A stretch of 53,153 nucleotides of DNA, filler included, from Squatina squatina (GCA_031763465.1; 3 parts of 3 records of this genome joined end to end with filler, not necessarily neighbours in it), one strand, 5' to 3'. Shown: positions 36,612 through 48,820, counted from the whole stretch's first letter. Translations and numbers: made by a program. Notes: generated from the sequence alone by a model not told the origin.

Positions 36612-37032
36612 GGGGACTCGGTAGCGTAGTGGTTAAGTTGCGGGACTAGTAATCCAGTAGGACTTGGACTGTTGATCCAGTAGACATGAGTAGACAAATC
36701 CCACCATGGCAGCTGTGGAATTTAAATTCAGTTAGTTAAAAAAAAATCTGGAATTAAAAAAAAGCTGGTGCCAGTAATGGTGACCATGAAACTATCGGAC
36801 TACCGTAAAAACACATCTGGTTCACTAATGTCCTTTAGGGAAGGGAATCTGCCATCTTTACCTGGTCTGACCTATATGTGACTCCAGACCCACAGAAATG
36901 TGGTTGACTCTTATCTGCCCTCTGAAATGGCCTCGCAAGACACTCAGTTGTAAACAACAGCTACTGCAGCGGTTCAAGAAGGCAGCTCATCACCACCTTC
37001 TCAAGGGCAACGAGGGATGGGCAATCAATGCT
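36612..37032 (+). mobile_element. tRNA-derived SINE, probably MetaSINE type, with LINE-derived tail
   Basis: A-box-like tagcgtagtggttaa head; central ctggttcactaatgtcctttagggaagg...gtgactccagacccacag...tgccctctgaaatggcct; tail gcagcggttcaagaaggcagctca...aagggcaa. Confidence 0.7.
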
Positions 37033-37132
37033 NNNNNNNNNNNNNNNNNNNNNNNNNNNNNNNNNNNNNNNNNNNNTTAATTAATTAANNNNNNNNNNNN
37101 NNNNNNNNNNNNNNNNNNNNNNNNNNNNNNNN
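37033..37132. other. Artificial scaffold-joining spacer (N44-TTAATTAATTAA-N44)
   Basis: Same structure as 20660-20759. Confidence 0.97.
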
Positions 37133-37514
37133 CCGGATTCCTGGCCCCCTAGCTTCCTTGGGCCGCTGACCCTGCTGCCGCCCGCTATTTCCCGGTACAG
37201 AGTGAGGTGTGAGCCTAGGGGTTACAAATGCGGTGCGCTTACACGAGGTGAATATATCTGAGTTGGTGCTGGCGATTGAGTGAAGTGGTGACGATACAAT
37301 TAACGAACCTGATAGTGTTCTGAATGGTAGTCAAGAGAGCGCCCCTAACAGCGCCTCCAGGCAGCTGTCGGCGCCTCCAGGTAGCGCCATGCCTGGTCAG
37401 CAGAAAAACGTCAGGGAATTTGGGACCTCCATGATGCTATTGACATTAGGCGCATTTTGGGTGTTAATCAGTGCTGCAGCGTTTCAAGTTTGGCTACAGC
37501 CAATTTTGTCCCCT

Positions 37515-37695
37515 AGGTGTTGCCGGACCAGGATCCACTGTAGGTCAGCGAGCACAGGGATGATGTGTGAAAGGGACTTGGTGCGAGTTAGGAAACGGGC
37601 AGCAGAATTTTGGATGAGCTCAAGTTTATGGAGGGTGGAAGATGGGAGGCCAGCCAGGATCGTGTTGGAATAGTCAAGTCTAGAGGTAAGAAAGG
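37515..37695 (-). mobile_element. L2 LINE fragment
   Basis: [53 protein letters not shown]. Confidence 0.88.
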
Positions 37696-38460
37696 NNNNN
37701 NNNNNNNNNNNNNNNNNNNNNNNNNNNNNNNNNNNNNNNNNNNNNNNNNNNNNNNNNNNNNNNNNNNNNNNNNNNNNNNNNNNNNNNNNNNNNNNGACAC
37801 ACTTGTATGTACACACCATATGGATATGAACAATGCTCTAAGGTTACCAAATCAATGTATCTTAAAAAAAATACACAACATATCCATTACATTAAAATGG
37901 AATCAGTGTATTATACTCCCTTATTCGCTACCACATACAGCTACAACGATAATTCTTACCATGCCTGTCAAGTGGGGACCTGTCGCCTTCTGTCAATCAC
38001 CACCTTGGAGTAAATACATTGCCTCCATTTTGTAAATGAGAAGTCAGCAGCAAACTGCAGGTTCATTAACATAAGTCATAACCAGCAGTCCTGATATTGT
38101 TAGTAATTTGAATTCCTCCTTAGAGCAAAGTCTCAAAACAGAATTGACTTAATTAACTCTCTGCAACAAAGTACATCAACTGCTCCTACAGCACTCAGGC
38201 ACTCAAAGCATCTTTCGTAGATCTGAGCTCAGGGGAAGTTAAGTTCCATGCACTTTGCCCTGAAATAAAGGATTTCTGGGTTTGAACTTCCTGTTTCCCT
38301 AGGTCATGTGATTACTGGTTGAACTGCTTTCTGCACAGATGTGAGATTCTTTTGCCAACTNNNNNNNNNNNNNNNNNNNNNNNNNNNNNNNNNNNNNNNN
38401 NNNNNNNNNNNNNNNNNNNNNNNNNNNNNNNNNNNNNNNNNNNNNNNNNNNNNNNNNNNN

Positions 38461-38627
38461 GCTAAGGAGGATGAAAATCCAAAGTCTGTTATCATACTTG
38501 ATGGATGGTTCCCATACAGCGCTACTCTCCAGCAGTAACGCAGCCGAAATTAGGATACAGAAGCTCGGGATGGACATCAAGAAGAGCAGGATGACAGAGT
38601 TGATCTTTTCTTCCTGAAGGAGAATAC
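38461..38627 (-). CDS. SLC35E4: SLC35E4 exon 2, 5' part (truncated by gap)
   Basis: Acceptor ctctctttccttcttccag. ILLQEEKINSVILLFLMSIPSFCILISAALLLES...YDNRLWIFILLS matches recalled human [33 protein letters not shown]...DSRLWACILLS. Confidence 0.88.
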
Positions 38628-40783
38628 CTGGAAGAAGGAAAGAGAGACAATGATGAGTGTTGTAATAGATGACGAGTTAGCCTCTGCTCTGAACAGATGG
38701 GCAAGAGAGAATTTTCTATTAAACATCAAGGCCCTCTTTGGAATGTTACTGATGGAGGTGTGGGGGAGCTTGAAGCAGAGGCACTAGGCGAGTGGACAAG
38801 GGACAGAATTAGAGGTAAAACCAAACATAGACAGAACCAAAGAAACCGAGAAAGAGCAAAAATTAAGTGAATGCTGCAAAAGTATTACTTGCAACTGACT
38901 TTACAACATTTTTGGTGACTATTATAAGCCCACACTTTGGAATCTACTCTAATTTTCAAATAAATTTGAAAAGTTTCAAAAATGTAGTTTCCAAAGATGA
39001 AAGAAGAATTCCTGATTAAAGAGTTCCTTTGAAATATCAGTCACTTTGTTTGAGCTGTACAATGTTTCCACAGTATTTGATTCAACATAGCAAAAGTTAA
39101 NNNNNNNNNNATTCCGTAACCAGGATACCAACTTTTGTGGGTGGGAAGGTGAGGTGGGTGGGGGCCTTCCTAAATGCCAGCACTGTAACTTCATACTTAA
39201 CGTCTTTTTTTTTAAAAACTAGTTCTCCGTCTGTCAATAGTGGTAACAAGTTCCTTCCTGAATAATACTCATTGATGGTGGAAGTGACTCATTTATTTTA
39301 AAAGTAAAAGTGCACCGATTGGTCATAAGAGACAATTGTTAATGTTGATACTGAAATCTATTAAAGCAGAAGAGCCTCCTTTGATACAATCTAATTGTCA
39401 TTTTCAGGTCAATTTACTAAATTAGAATGATAATGATCCCTGTCCATATTAGGCAGAGCTGCTATATAAAACAGGGACGGTGCATGGATTATTGAAGTCA
39501 AACCACCGGACAAGGAAAAATGACTGGCAGAAGGAATGGCTGTCTCCAGAGTATAACATTACTTTGCTTCGATAGGTTTCAAAATGTAGCCATCTGAAAC
39601 GATGAGTTGCATTAAGACTAGAAAGCAGCTTCCCCAATGCCTCGGGTGGTAAATGCACCTCTTGCTGTTTTACTGAACTACTCAGACCAGGAAGGCCCTC
39701 GGTACGATCTGTGACCTGTGGTGAGTTTGCTGTCTTGGCCAGGACCACTGCAACAGGCCTCAGTGTCTCCAGATTAAGTCGAGTAACTGTTGCCAACTGA
39801 ATGTAGGACTCGATTTAAAAGCTTCTTATCCACTCTGGATTTCATCCTTCAGAGGCATTTATCTTTGGATGTGGATAGAAAATAGAAGACCACAGGGACT
39901 GAGAAATGATCGCCCACTGTTACAGTGGCTGTTTGACAATGGAAATCTTGATTAGCATTTTACCCAATTGGCATTTCATGCCTGATGGAGACTGACCTCT
40001 GTGGATAATCTCTTTCTTGCTCAACAAAATTAGCCAGAGCTGCTGATCTCAATTCAGCAGTACCTACCATGAAGGGTGTATATGAACATTAGGCAAGGCC
40101 AGGATTGGGTGCGACTGCAATGCTCCTCATGGTCACATACCCTGCCAGCACTCTCTCTTACACACATGAAGAATGCCGACCTGGGTGAGGTACTGGAGGT
40201 GCCCATGCAATAGCACCTTTATTAACTGTCAGTGCTGTCAAGAAATGGGGGGAGGAAAGTGGAAAAAATACTGTTGTTAATTGGTGATAAAAAGCCAAAT
40301 GAGGCCAGACACATTGCAGCCTGCGTATGTACGAATGGCTAATATTTATTTCCTGACCAATATTTATTTATTTTTAAGAACATACAATTCTGATGAGTGT
40401 GCTCTAAATATACCCACTCCATATCAAGTCTCTGCATCTGTTTAAGCACTGCCAGAGGGAAAGTGACCTTCAGATAACCTGTGTGATTGCTCTGAATCAC
40501 ATTCTATGTATAGGCTGGTGAAATAGTAGAGGGTCCAACAATACATGAAGTGAATAATGTAACAAAATAACTGTTTGCAACACTAATGACATGTTCAGTT
40601 CTGTCATGGGTTAGGCTGTTACTGTCTTGTGGACTGGAAAAGCAGTAGTCACCATTCCAAAAACTTACTGTGACATGATCATGATACCATAAAATAACAT
40701 TTACAATATTCTGCTTCCCATTTAGCAGGAAGCTGCAATAATTGAAATGTACGTAGTTCCCTAATATCAATTTGGGATATTAT

Positions 40784-41160
40784 GGCCCAGAATTTGCTGG
40801 GTAGATAACTGTGTGTTTAATATACACGTCGTTATTAGTGTGTAAATAACTCACCAATTTGTGGCAAGGAAGAAATGCGCCCTGAGTTGCAAATCACCGC
40901 AAATTTTGGGATGATTTATGTAGCTCTGCCGTTAACCTTGCAAAAACCAGAGTTCGTCGTCAACCTCCCCATGAGTTTCAATAAATTGTTGCATTTGTTG
41001 TGTTAAAACACATTAAACTCGCCACAGAAAGTTAGGGCTGGTATTTAATGATGTAAGGACCCTGTTAAGAACAAGATTTATGTTCTTGCAATGCCACTCA
41101 ACCTCTCCAGCTCAGAAAGGGAACAATTGGAACTGTGGAATCTCATTCCTGCAGGTAACA
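40784..41160. mobile_element. Probable non-autonomous DNA transposon fragment
   Basis: Starts ggcccagaatttgc, like other Harbinger-type ends in this window; partner end not found. Confidence 0.35.
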
Positions 41161-41334
41161 AATAGACCGATAATATACAGGACAGCATCTAAAGTTAATT
41201 TTTTTTTTTAAGTTCTTACTTTTCCTTTTTGTGTNNNNNNNNNNNNNNNNNNNNNNNNNNNNNNNNNNNNNNNNNNNNNNNNNNNNNNNNNNNNNNNNNN
41301 NNNNNNNNNNNNNNNNNNNNNNNNNNNNNNNNNN

Positions 41335-41633
41335 TTAGCAGCAGTAGAGAGTCCGGTGACTTCTTTTATTTTCAGGTTTACGAATCCCATCCGGATCAAA
41401 GCATAGTCGACAACAATGGCTGTCAGCATGTGCAGCGCCGACAGCAAGAGAGGGTAGCGAAAATTGTAGACAGCGAAGATGCATTTGTTGAGGCTAGTTA
41501 TGGTGGTCCCGGTGGCGAGCAGGACGGCGACCGCGGCGACTGTGTGCAGCATCCGCCTCTTCTTCTGGGTCTCCCCTGCTGCTTTATCGGATATCGGCGG
41601 GGGAAACTCCGGGAATACATCAGTAGTTGTCAT
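41335..41633 (-). CDS. SLC35E4: SLC35E4 exon 1, 5' part (truncated by gap)
   Basis: Kozak accATG at 41633; LATGTTITSLNKCIFAVYNFRYPLLLSALHMLTAIVVDY is the SLC35E/TPT-family signature; correct order and strand relative to exon 2. Confidence 0.88.
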
Positions 41634-43784
41634 GGTAACTCCATCTCAGGCTGAAAAAATAAAGTCTTCGGGTTATCCTTCTCCCCGTGTCCTCTGACGC
41701 TCTCCAGCTGCCTCTCAGGGTTGTAATGAGACGCAAGATCTGGCTGCTCTTTGGGGATCACAAGTCCTGTGCATTTCAGCAGCTTGACCCTTGCTGGCAA
41801 ATCACCGCCCATTGAACATAACGTTTCTGTTAACGTTTCAATTATTTAAAATAACACTTTATTATCGTTTCTAAGGGAGGGAAGAAAAAAATGCGAGGAC
41901 AGCGCTTTCTGAATTCACCACGCCTTGCTGGAGCCGGATGCTGTCTGTGTTTCTGATGAATCACCGTGCTGCTTGTAATGTGTTTTTTTTACCCCCCTCG
42001 GCTTCGCTCATTTGTGCCTTCACCAAACTGCTTGCAGCCTCGGCTAGTCCAATGAAGCGNNNNNNNNNNNNNNNNNNNNNNNNNNNNNNNNNNNNNNNNN
42101 NNNNNNNNNNNNNNNNNNNNNNNNNNNNNNNNNNNNNNNNNNNNNNNNNNNNNNNNNNNTTTCAATTGAAGCCCTCTTCCAGAGATTCCGTTAGCGCTGG
42201 AAATCATCAGCTCAAGCATGTCAACGCCCAAAAAACAGGGCATTGATACCACTACTTTTAAGTGTCAGCAGCTTTGACTAATTCAGCTGTGGGCAGCCAT
42301 TTTGGGCGTTGCGCCCACTGATGACGTCATCCAGATCACCGAACGCCAAAATGAACGTTTCCAACCTTGCTAGGTTTGCGTCCGTTTAGTGCCATTTTTT
42401 GGGGGACCCGAATTGTCCAACGCTAAGTTTAACACCTAAAATCAGTATTAAGCACTTAAAGCTGATTTAGCACAAAAAAAAACCCGAATTGTGCGCCCTA
42501 GGTTTTTAATGTCACAGACAGCCTGATGGGGAGAATCTAGTGTGTTTCCATTTGCTGGATTTTTGTGGTTCTTGTCATTCTTTTCATTACTACCGCTCAT
42601 TTTCATTTTAATGCCAACAGTATTTTGGTAGAGAGACCAGGATCTATGTATCATATATGGTGTTTCAAAGCTATCCAGAATCCTTTGTATTGATGTATAT
42701 GTGCATTGAGGTGACAGATAGTGATGCAGAAATTTCATTTATTTTGCATCTACTGGGAAAATCGAACACTCCAAGGTCACACGTGACATGGATTAGATAG
42801 AGCCTTCTGACAGCATACCTTGAAGAGACCCCTCCCCCGTTGCTTTTATGTTCTGCACAGATTTCCTCCGGGAAATAGTTTGAAGCTGTCTGAACTAATT
42901 CAATTCATCTAAAAAAAAAACAATCTCCCAGGTTTGTGTTTGATGTGAATCCTGAGGTGAAAGGGCAGATTCATTGCCCTTAGCCCCTGACCTGATGTGG
43001 ACAGATAGCTGTCTGTGCTAGTGCATTCTCAGATGCCTCGGCAGATGAAGGTTAACAATCACACCATTTTTGACAAAATGGGCAGTGACAAGTTTTTTCT
43101 TCTTTAAATTTCATGTTAAATTCTGTCTGTTCTGCAGGTGAATGCATCCAATAGTTCTCTCCAATGGAAGCAGAAATACACAGGCCATCAGCAGCGCAAC
43201 TGAGGAGCTTAACAATTGAGCGGGCACTTAATCAGAACCGAGGGCCTAAAACCTACCTGTCCTCTTTAAAATAAAAACAGAAAATGCTGGAATTACTCAG
43301 CAAGTCAGGCAGCATCTGNNNNNNNNNNNNNNNNNNNNNNNNNNNNNNNNNNNNNNNNNNNNNNNNNNNNNNNNNNNNNNNNNNNNNNNNNNNNNNNNNN
43401 NNNNNNNNNNNNNNNNNNTCACCCATTACTGGAAATATCTGGGGCAGGGATCTGCATAATTATCAATGCTTGGCTTGTAATTCTGTCCAACCACATCCAC
43501 CTTATGTAGCTCTGGAATTAGACATATAATTTAAGGATCTTCATTAAACCTATTGCACATCAACATCTCTCAAAACAGCCCTCTATAATAAAGTAATTCT
43601 TGGGTTAAAAATATGCAAATAAGTACCACCTTCACAGAATGTTCATGGGTTTTGTAGCAGACTATCCGTCCCAAGTATAATTGAGTGCTTTGGAAAATTA
43701 TTTAACTCCACTTGTCTTTTTTTTCCTAATGGCTCGATCCAGGCCTAAAGTATGTTACAACAGTGTCTGCTTTGGTTGGCATGG

Positions 43785-43912
43785 TTACGGTGCGGTGGAG
43801 GCCATCTGCTGTGGGATGAAGGTCTCGATGCTGCTGTGACTGGGCGACAGCAGGTGGCTGTGACTGTCTGCTGACTGTGTGTTTTGATACATGACCAGAC
43901 TGCCTGAAGAGA
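43785..43912 (-). CDS. HNF1A: HNF1A last coding exon (exon 10)
   Basis: Acceptor ctttcccttcttcgttcacag; 128 nt. [41 protein letters not shown] matches recalled human [41 protein letters not shown]. Not in the ORF track in this frame. Confidence 0.9.
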
Positions 43913-44010
43913 CTGTGAACGAAGAAGGGAAAGAGAATTGTCACGACACTTACATTCATTTGAAAAATTCTTTATAACCACCTCTCAATGGCCTCAAGGT
44001 TAAGACACGG

Positions 44011-44224
44011 GGTGGGGGAAGATTTTTGTCTTCACTGCCGGAGTGGTGATCTGCCAAAGAGGATACCTGACTTTTTATAAACCCGGCCTGATACACACTC
44101 CATTAATTTCAGTGGAAAGAAAAGAAAAGCGGGTTCTGTAAAGGGCGAGTGACGACCCCCCCCAGCCCCCCGCCCCCCGCCCCACCCCCACCTCACTCCC
44201 GCCAGACAAAAATCTAGCCCCACC
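44011..44224. mobile_element. MITE with ~21-bp imperfect TIRs
   Basis: ggtgggggaagatttttgtct / agacaaaaatctagccccacc (2 mismatches). Confidence 0.7.
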
Positions 44225-44435
44225 ATTTCTAAACCATACAGACAAGAAATGTCTTGGANNNNNNNNNNNNNNNNNNNNNNNNNNNNNNNNNNNNNNNNNN
44301 NNNNNNNNNNNNNNNNNNNNNNNNNNNNNNNNNNNNNNNNNNNNNNNNNNNNNNNNNNCAAAATGGATCCTCCACACACCAACACACAAGATGAAAGAAC
44401 ACTTATTTCACCCAACTTGGTGAACTTTTGATCTC

Positions 44436-44872
44436 CTTGGCTCAGTTAGTCACGCTCTTTCCTGAGTCAGAAGGCCTGAGTTTAAGATTTCATTCTGGAT
44501 TTTTGCACATAATCTCAGCTGGCTTCCCAGTGTAGTACTGAGAAAAGGTTGCATTATCGCTTCAGTGAGATGAAACTTGAAACTGCGGCTTCATCAGCCT
44601 ATTCAGGTGAATACTGAACATCTCGCAGCACTATTTTATGAGTGTGAAGGAATTCTCTGGATCCTGGCCAATATTAGTTCATCAACCAACAAAACAGATT
44701 AACCAGTCAGTCGTTCATCTCACGATTTGTAGAATCTGTTGTGCATGAAAGGCTGCTGCATTTGCATATGTTACAACCATGAGACTCCAAGAAGGAAATC
44801 ATTGTGTACAAAGTGCTTGAAGAGGTTTCTGATAAATGCGATGAGGCATTACATAAATCAATGCCTTTTTTT
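44436..44872 (+). mobile_element. Old full-length Deu-SINE
   Basis: tggctcagtt...ctgagtcagaagg...cccagtgtagtactgag...tcctggccaatatt...ggctgctgcatttgc; diverged. Confidence 0.7.
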
Positions 44873-44999
44873 AAGTTGATATTTGGTGTTGATTATCAAG
44901 AAATCCACGGAAATAGTTTCGTTTAGTTTGCTACCCAAGGATGTGTAGGCTTTTTTAGAGCTGGTGAGAATACGAAGGGACATATAAATAGAACACTGT

Positions 45000-45654
45000 G
45001 GGGGCACAATTCAGCCTGGGTGGAGCTGGGGTGGTAACGGGCGGCTCCCAAAAGCAATTGCCCACCTCGGCATTCGCTGTTCCGCAGTGGGAGCGAGAGG
45101 CAGCGATGTTCGCCTCGCTATCGGGGTGGAACTGGGGCAACATTAGTGCATCGCGTCTGCATCACAGCGCGCCGACGTCATGCGTGGCGCTCGACCTCCC
45201 TTCAAGGGGAGGACCGCCGGCCACCCTGATGGCGCCTACGCGGCCCACCACTGGGCCACCAGGGACGCCAGTAACCGGGTCACCAGCCTGGCATGTCAGC
45301 AGGCGTGCCCGGTTAAGGGATGGTAGCCCGATCCGGCCATGGGCAAATAAAGATGACGGCCGCTAGCGCTCTGGCCCTCCCCTTTAAGAGGCCCGTTGCC
45401 GTGACAGGTTTTCTTGTGTCTGCAAACGACTGGCGCTGTGGCCGCGTCGCTTTGGCAAATTCCGCCCGCGGGCCGCAGACGGGTCGCAAAGAGGGTCGCG
45501 GCAGCGTGATGAGGGTTTTAATGATGTGCTCTGACCTGCCACGTAATTTCCCAGGAGGGGAATGGCTGCCTCCCGGGGCCATTTTGTGTGTTTTTGCCCT
45601 GTTGGCGCCCCTCAGAGGCACCAGTAGGCAAAAACATAGCTGAATTGTGCCCCC
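45000..45654. mobile_element. 655-bp GC/CpG-rich Harbinger-like MITE with perfect 16-bp TIRs
   Basis: gggggcacaattcagc at 45000-45015 and gctgaattgtgccccc at 45639-45654; no transposase-like ORF. Confidence 0.85.
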
Positions 45655-46406
45655 ATAATCTCCGCTCAGACCTCAGTGCAGCACTAGGACAGTGCTGCAT
45701 TCTCAGCGCTAGGACAGTACTGCATTCTCAGCGCAAGGCCTGCCTGATGCATTAGCCACTGGGCAAGGGAAATAGATGCCAAGGAGAGGGGAGAGAATGC
45801 ACGGTGAGGGGAAGGGATTAGGGCCTGAACAGCTTCTCTGGAACTGCAGCACCAACTCTGTGCCTTCAATACCTGAATTTACCCCTCTGGGTTTTCATGT
45901 ACTTGTAATGTTTAGGAATGTTGGATATACCTACCGCTTGAGGTACAGAGCCCATGAGCTGTCTAGAGTTGCCAGCTTTTTGTGAAGCAGTTGGTCGGCT
46001 TTTCCAGGCTGGCATGTATGCATTCATCTGGGCTAACAGGCTCATTAGCTGCTGAGAAACACTAAAGGATTATTATTACAGATGGTCATGACTGGCTGAT
46101 AGTTTTTCCACCAAGAAACTTTCTTCCACACGAATTGTGCAATCTGCATTTTTGTCAGTGGTTTGGGAATATTGAAGAAAAGCAAGCCTCTCTCATGGGA
46201 GAGGAGCAATTTCCCCTTCCCCGTTCCCATTATATCCAATCAGCGGTTCTGCATAATAGGGGTGGTCTCATAAGTGGGACAGGACGCGTCTCCAGCGAGA
46301 CTTTAAATGTGAAATATTTGGGGTTGAGCGGCATTGTGCTAAATGTTGAATTTCACTGGATTGACGCCACAACCTCTGGAATGAGAATAAACAAGAAGTG
46401 CCTCAC

Positions 46407-46598
46407 CATGTGGGTTCTGAAGCTGTGCCATTGTCGCCATGAATGAACTCTGAGCCATGTGACCTTGGACCTGGTGCATGATTGGCTGCTGGTGGTGGGC
46501 GTGTAATTGCTGTGGAAACTGCACCGGCTGAAGGGTCGTCAGGCTGCTGCCCACGCTGTTAATGACCGGAACATTCTGAGCTTGAGTCGTGGCCAGGC
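46407..46598 (-). CDS. HNF1A: HNF1A exon 7 (transactivation domain)
   Basis: tttcag acceptor, G|gtgagg donor, 192 nt; [33 protein letters not shown]...[12 protein letters not shown]. Confidence 0.92.
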
Positions 46599-46746
46599 CT
46601 GAAAGTACAAAAAAAATATTTGTGTTGAGAAATATTTTTACTGGTGNNNNNNNNNNNNNNNNNNNNNNNNNNNNNNNNNNNNNNNNNNNNNNNNNNNNNN
46701 NNNNNNNNNNNNNNNNNNNNNNNNNNNNNNNNNNNNNNNNNNNNNN

Positions 46747-47845
46747 AATGGACAATATCTAATTTGTAAAATGAGCAATATTGATTGCTAAAAATGGACA
46801 ATATCGATTGTGTAAAATGGACAATGTCGAGTGTGTAAAATAGACAATACCAAGTCTGTAAAATGGACAATGTCGAGTGTGTAAAATGGGAAATAGTGAG
46901 TGCATAAAATGTGCAAAATCGAGAGTGTAAAATGGACAATATCTAATTTGTAAAATGAGCAATATTGATTGCTAAAAATGGACAATATCGATTGTGTAAA
47001 ATGGACATTGTCGAGTGTGTAAAATGGACAATACTAAATCTGTAAAATGGACAATATTGATTGTGTAAAATGGACAATATTGATTGTGTAAAATGGGCAG
47101 TATCGATTGTGTAAAATGGACAATGACTCGTGTGTAAAATGGGCAATAACAAGTTGTAAAATGGACAATGTTGATTGTGTAAAATGGACAATGTCAAGTG
47201 TGTAAAATGGACAATACCAAGTCTGTAAAATGGACAATATCGATTGTGTAAAATGGACATTATCGATTGTGTAAAATGGGCAGTATCGATTGTGTAAAAT
47301 GGACAATGTCGAGTGTGTCAAATGGACAATAACAAGTCTGTAAAATGGATAGATTCGGGTGTGTAAAATGGACAATATCAGGTGTGTAAAATGGACCAAT
47401 ATGAATTCTGTAACATAGACCAATATCGATTGTGTAAAATTGATCAATATTAATTGTGTAAAATGGACAATACCGAATGTGTAAAATTGTCCAACATCGA
47501 GGTTGTAAAGTGGACAATACTGATTGTGTAAAATGGACAATGTTGATTGTGTAATGTGGGCAATACCGAGTGTGTAAGATGGGCAATATTAAGTGTGTAA
47601 AATGGACAGTATCGTTTGTGTAAAATGGACAATACCGAGTGTGTAAAAAGGGCAATATTGAGCGTGTGAAATGGGCAATACTAAGTGTGTAAAATGAACA
47701 ATGTCGAGTGTGTCAGGTGGGCAATATTGAGTGTCTAAATTGGACAATGTCGAGTGTATAAAATAGACAATATCGAATCTGTAAAATGGGCAATACAGAG
47801 TGTGTAAAATGGACAATGTCAAGTCTGTAAAATGAGAAATAGTGA
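46747..47845. repeat. 23-bp tandem satellite, about 48 copies, intronic in HNF1A
   Basis: Consensus tgtaaaatggacaatatcgattg with variants; runs into a gap on the left. Confidence 0.95.
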
Positions 47846-47861
47846 ACAGACTGAACCTTAC

Positions 47862-48097
47862 CGTGTAACTTGTTGGGTGACAAAGCACTTGGCTGCAGGG
47901 GTGAGCTGTTATGGGGTGTCACGGGGGTTACCGTGTGGGGTTGTTGAGTGCCATATGCATCCATTGCCAACTTGTGCCGAAAAGCCTCTTCCTTCCTTCG
48001 GTTCGCAAACCAGTTGTACACCCGCACCTCAGTAACAAGGTTTGAGCCCAGCCCATGGGCCTGTGCCGGGGAGACCCCTCGCTGTATACACTCCGCT
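47862..48097 (-). CDS. HNF1A: HNF1A exon 4 (homeodomain C-terminal half)
   Basis: attacag acceptor, G|gtaagg donor; [51 protein letters not shown] and FRHK are HNF1A-type residues rather than HNF1B. Confidence 0.95.
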
Positions 48098-48609
48098 CTG
48101 TAATGAGCATAGATAAGAATTGTGTAAGAGCAGAAGTCCACTTAAATTAGTTTCTTTGGAAACATCCAGGGAGAGTTTGCACAAGGTAGATTCTTTATTT
48201 AGATGAGTTTCACCTTTCCTCAGTCACCCAAATTCACCCAGTCACAATGCATTTACATTGAAAGAAGAACCTCGGCTTTGGGTGAAAGAAGTTTTTGTTA
48301 GTCCTTATTGTCATTCAGTTTGCCAGGCTAAGAATCAAATAGAGTTCCAACACCACCACACACGTGGTTTAAAAAAAAACTTGGATCTGCTCAAATAAAA
48401 TTCAAATCATATCCGAGCCTAAGTCAATGCATCGCAGCAACAATGAGTTGGTTTTTCTGACATTAGGTGCTTGTGGAATTGTGCAGTGGCATAGACAATA
48501 ACAACAACTTGCATTTATATAGTAATTTCAACATAATGAAATGTCCCTTCACAGGCGCTTCACTGCAACAAGGTTTGATACTAAGGGGACAGCATTGCCC
48601 CTTCTGCCC

Positions 48610-48820
48610 GATTGGGATTGGGAGTAATGTACTGATATGGATAGAGAACTGGTTGGCAGACAGGAAACAAAGAGTAGGAATAAACAGGTCTTTGTCCGAG
48701 TGGCAGGCAGTGGGGTACTGCAGGGATCGGTGTTAGGACCCCAGATATTCACAATATATATTAATGATTTGGATGAGAGAACTAAGTGTAATATCTCCAA
48801 GTTTGTGGATGACACAAAGC
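48610..48820 (+). mobile_element. CR1 RT fragment
   Basis: WIENWLADRKQRVGIN, then SGVLQGSVLGPQIFTIYINDLDERTKCNISKFVDDTK. Confidence 0.9.

Noticed and set aside
38299-38360. C-terminus of SLC35E4 beyond the gap
   Set aside because: The frame cannot be fixed across a gap of unknown size, and none of the three frames is recognisable.
39449-39796. 115-aa minus-strand ORF between the SLC35E4 exons
   Set aside because: Non-ATG start, no recognisable domain and no convincing splice boundaries.
46559-47888. Repetitive YCPFY/IVHFT ORFs
   Set aside because: Translations of the 23-bp intronic satellite; the unit is not a multiple of 3.
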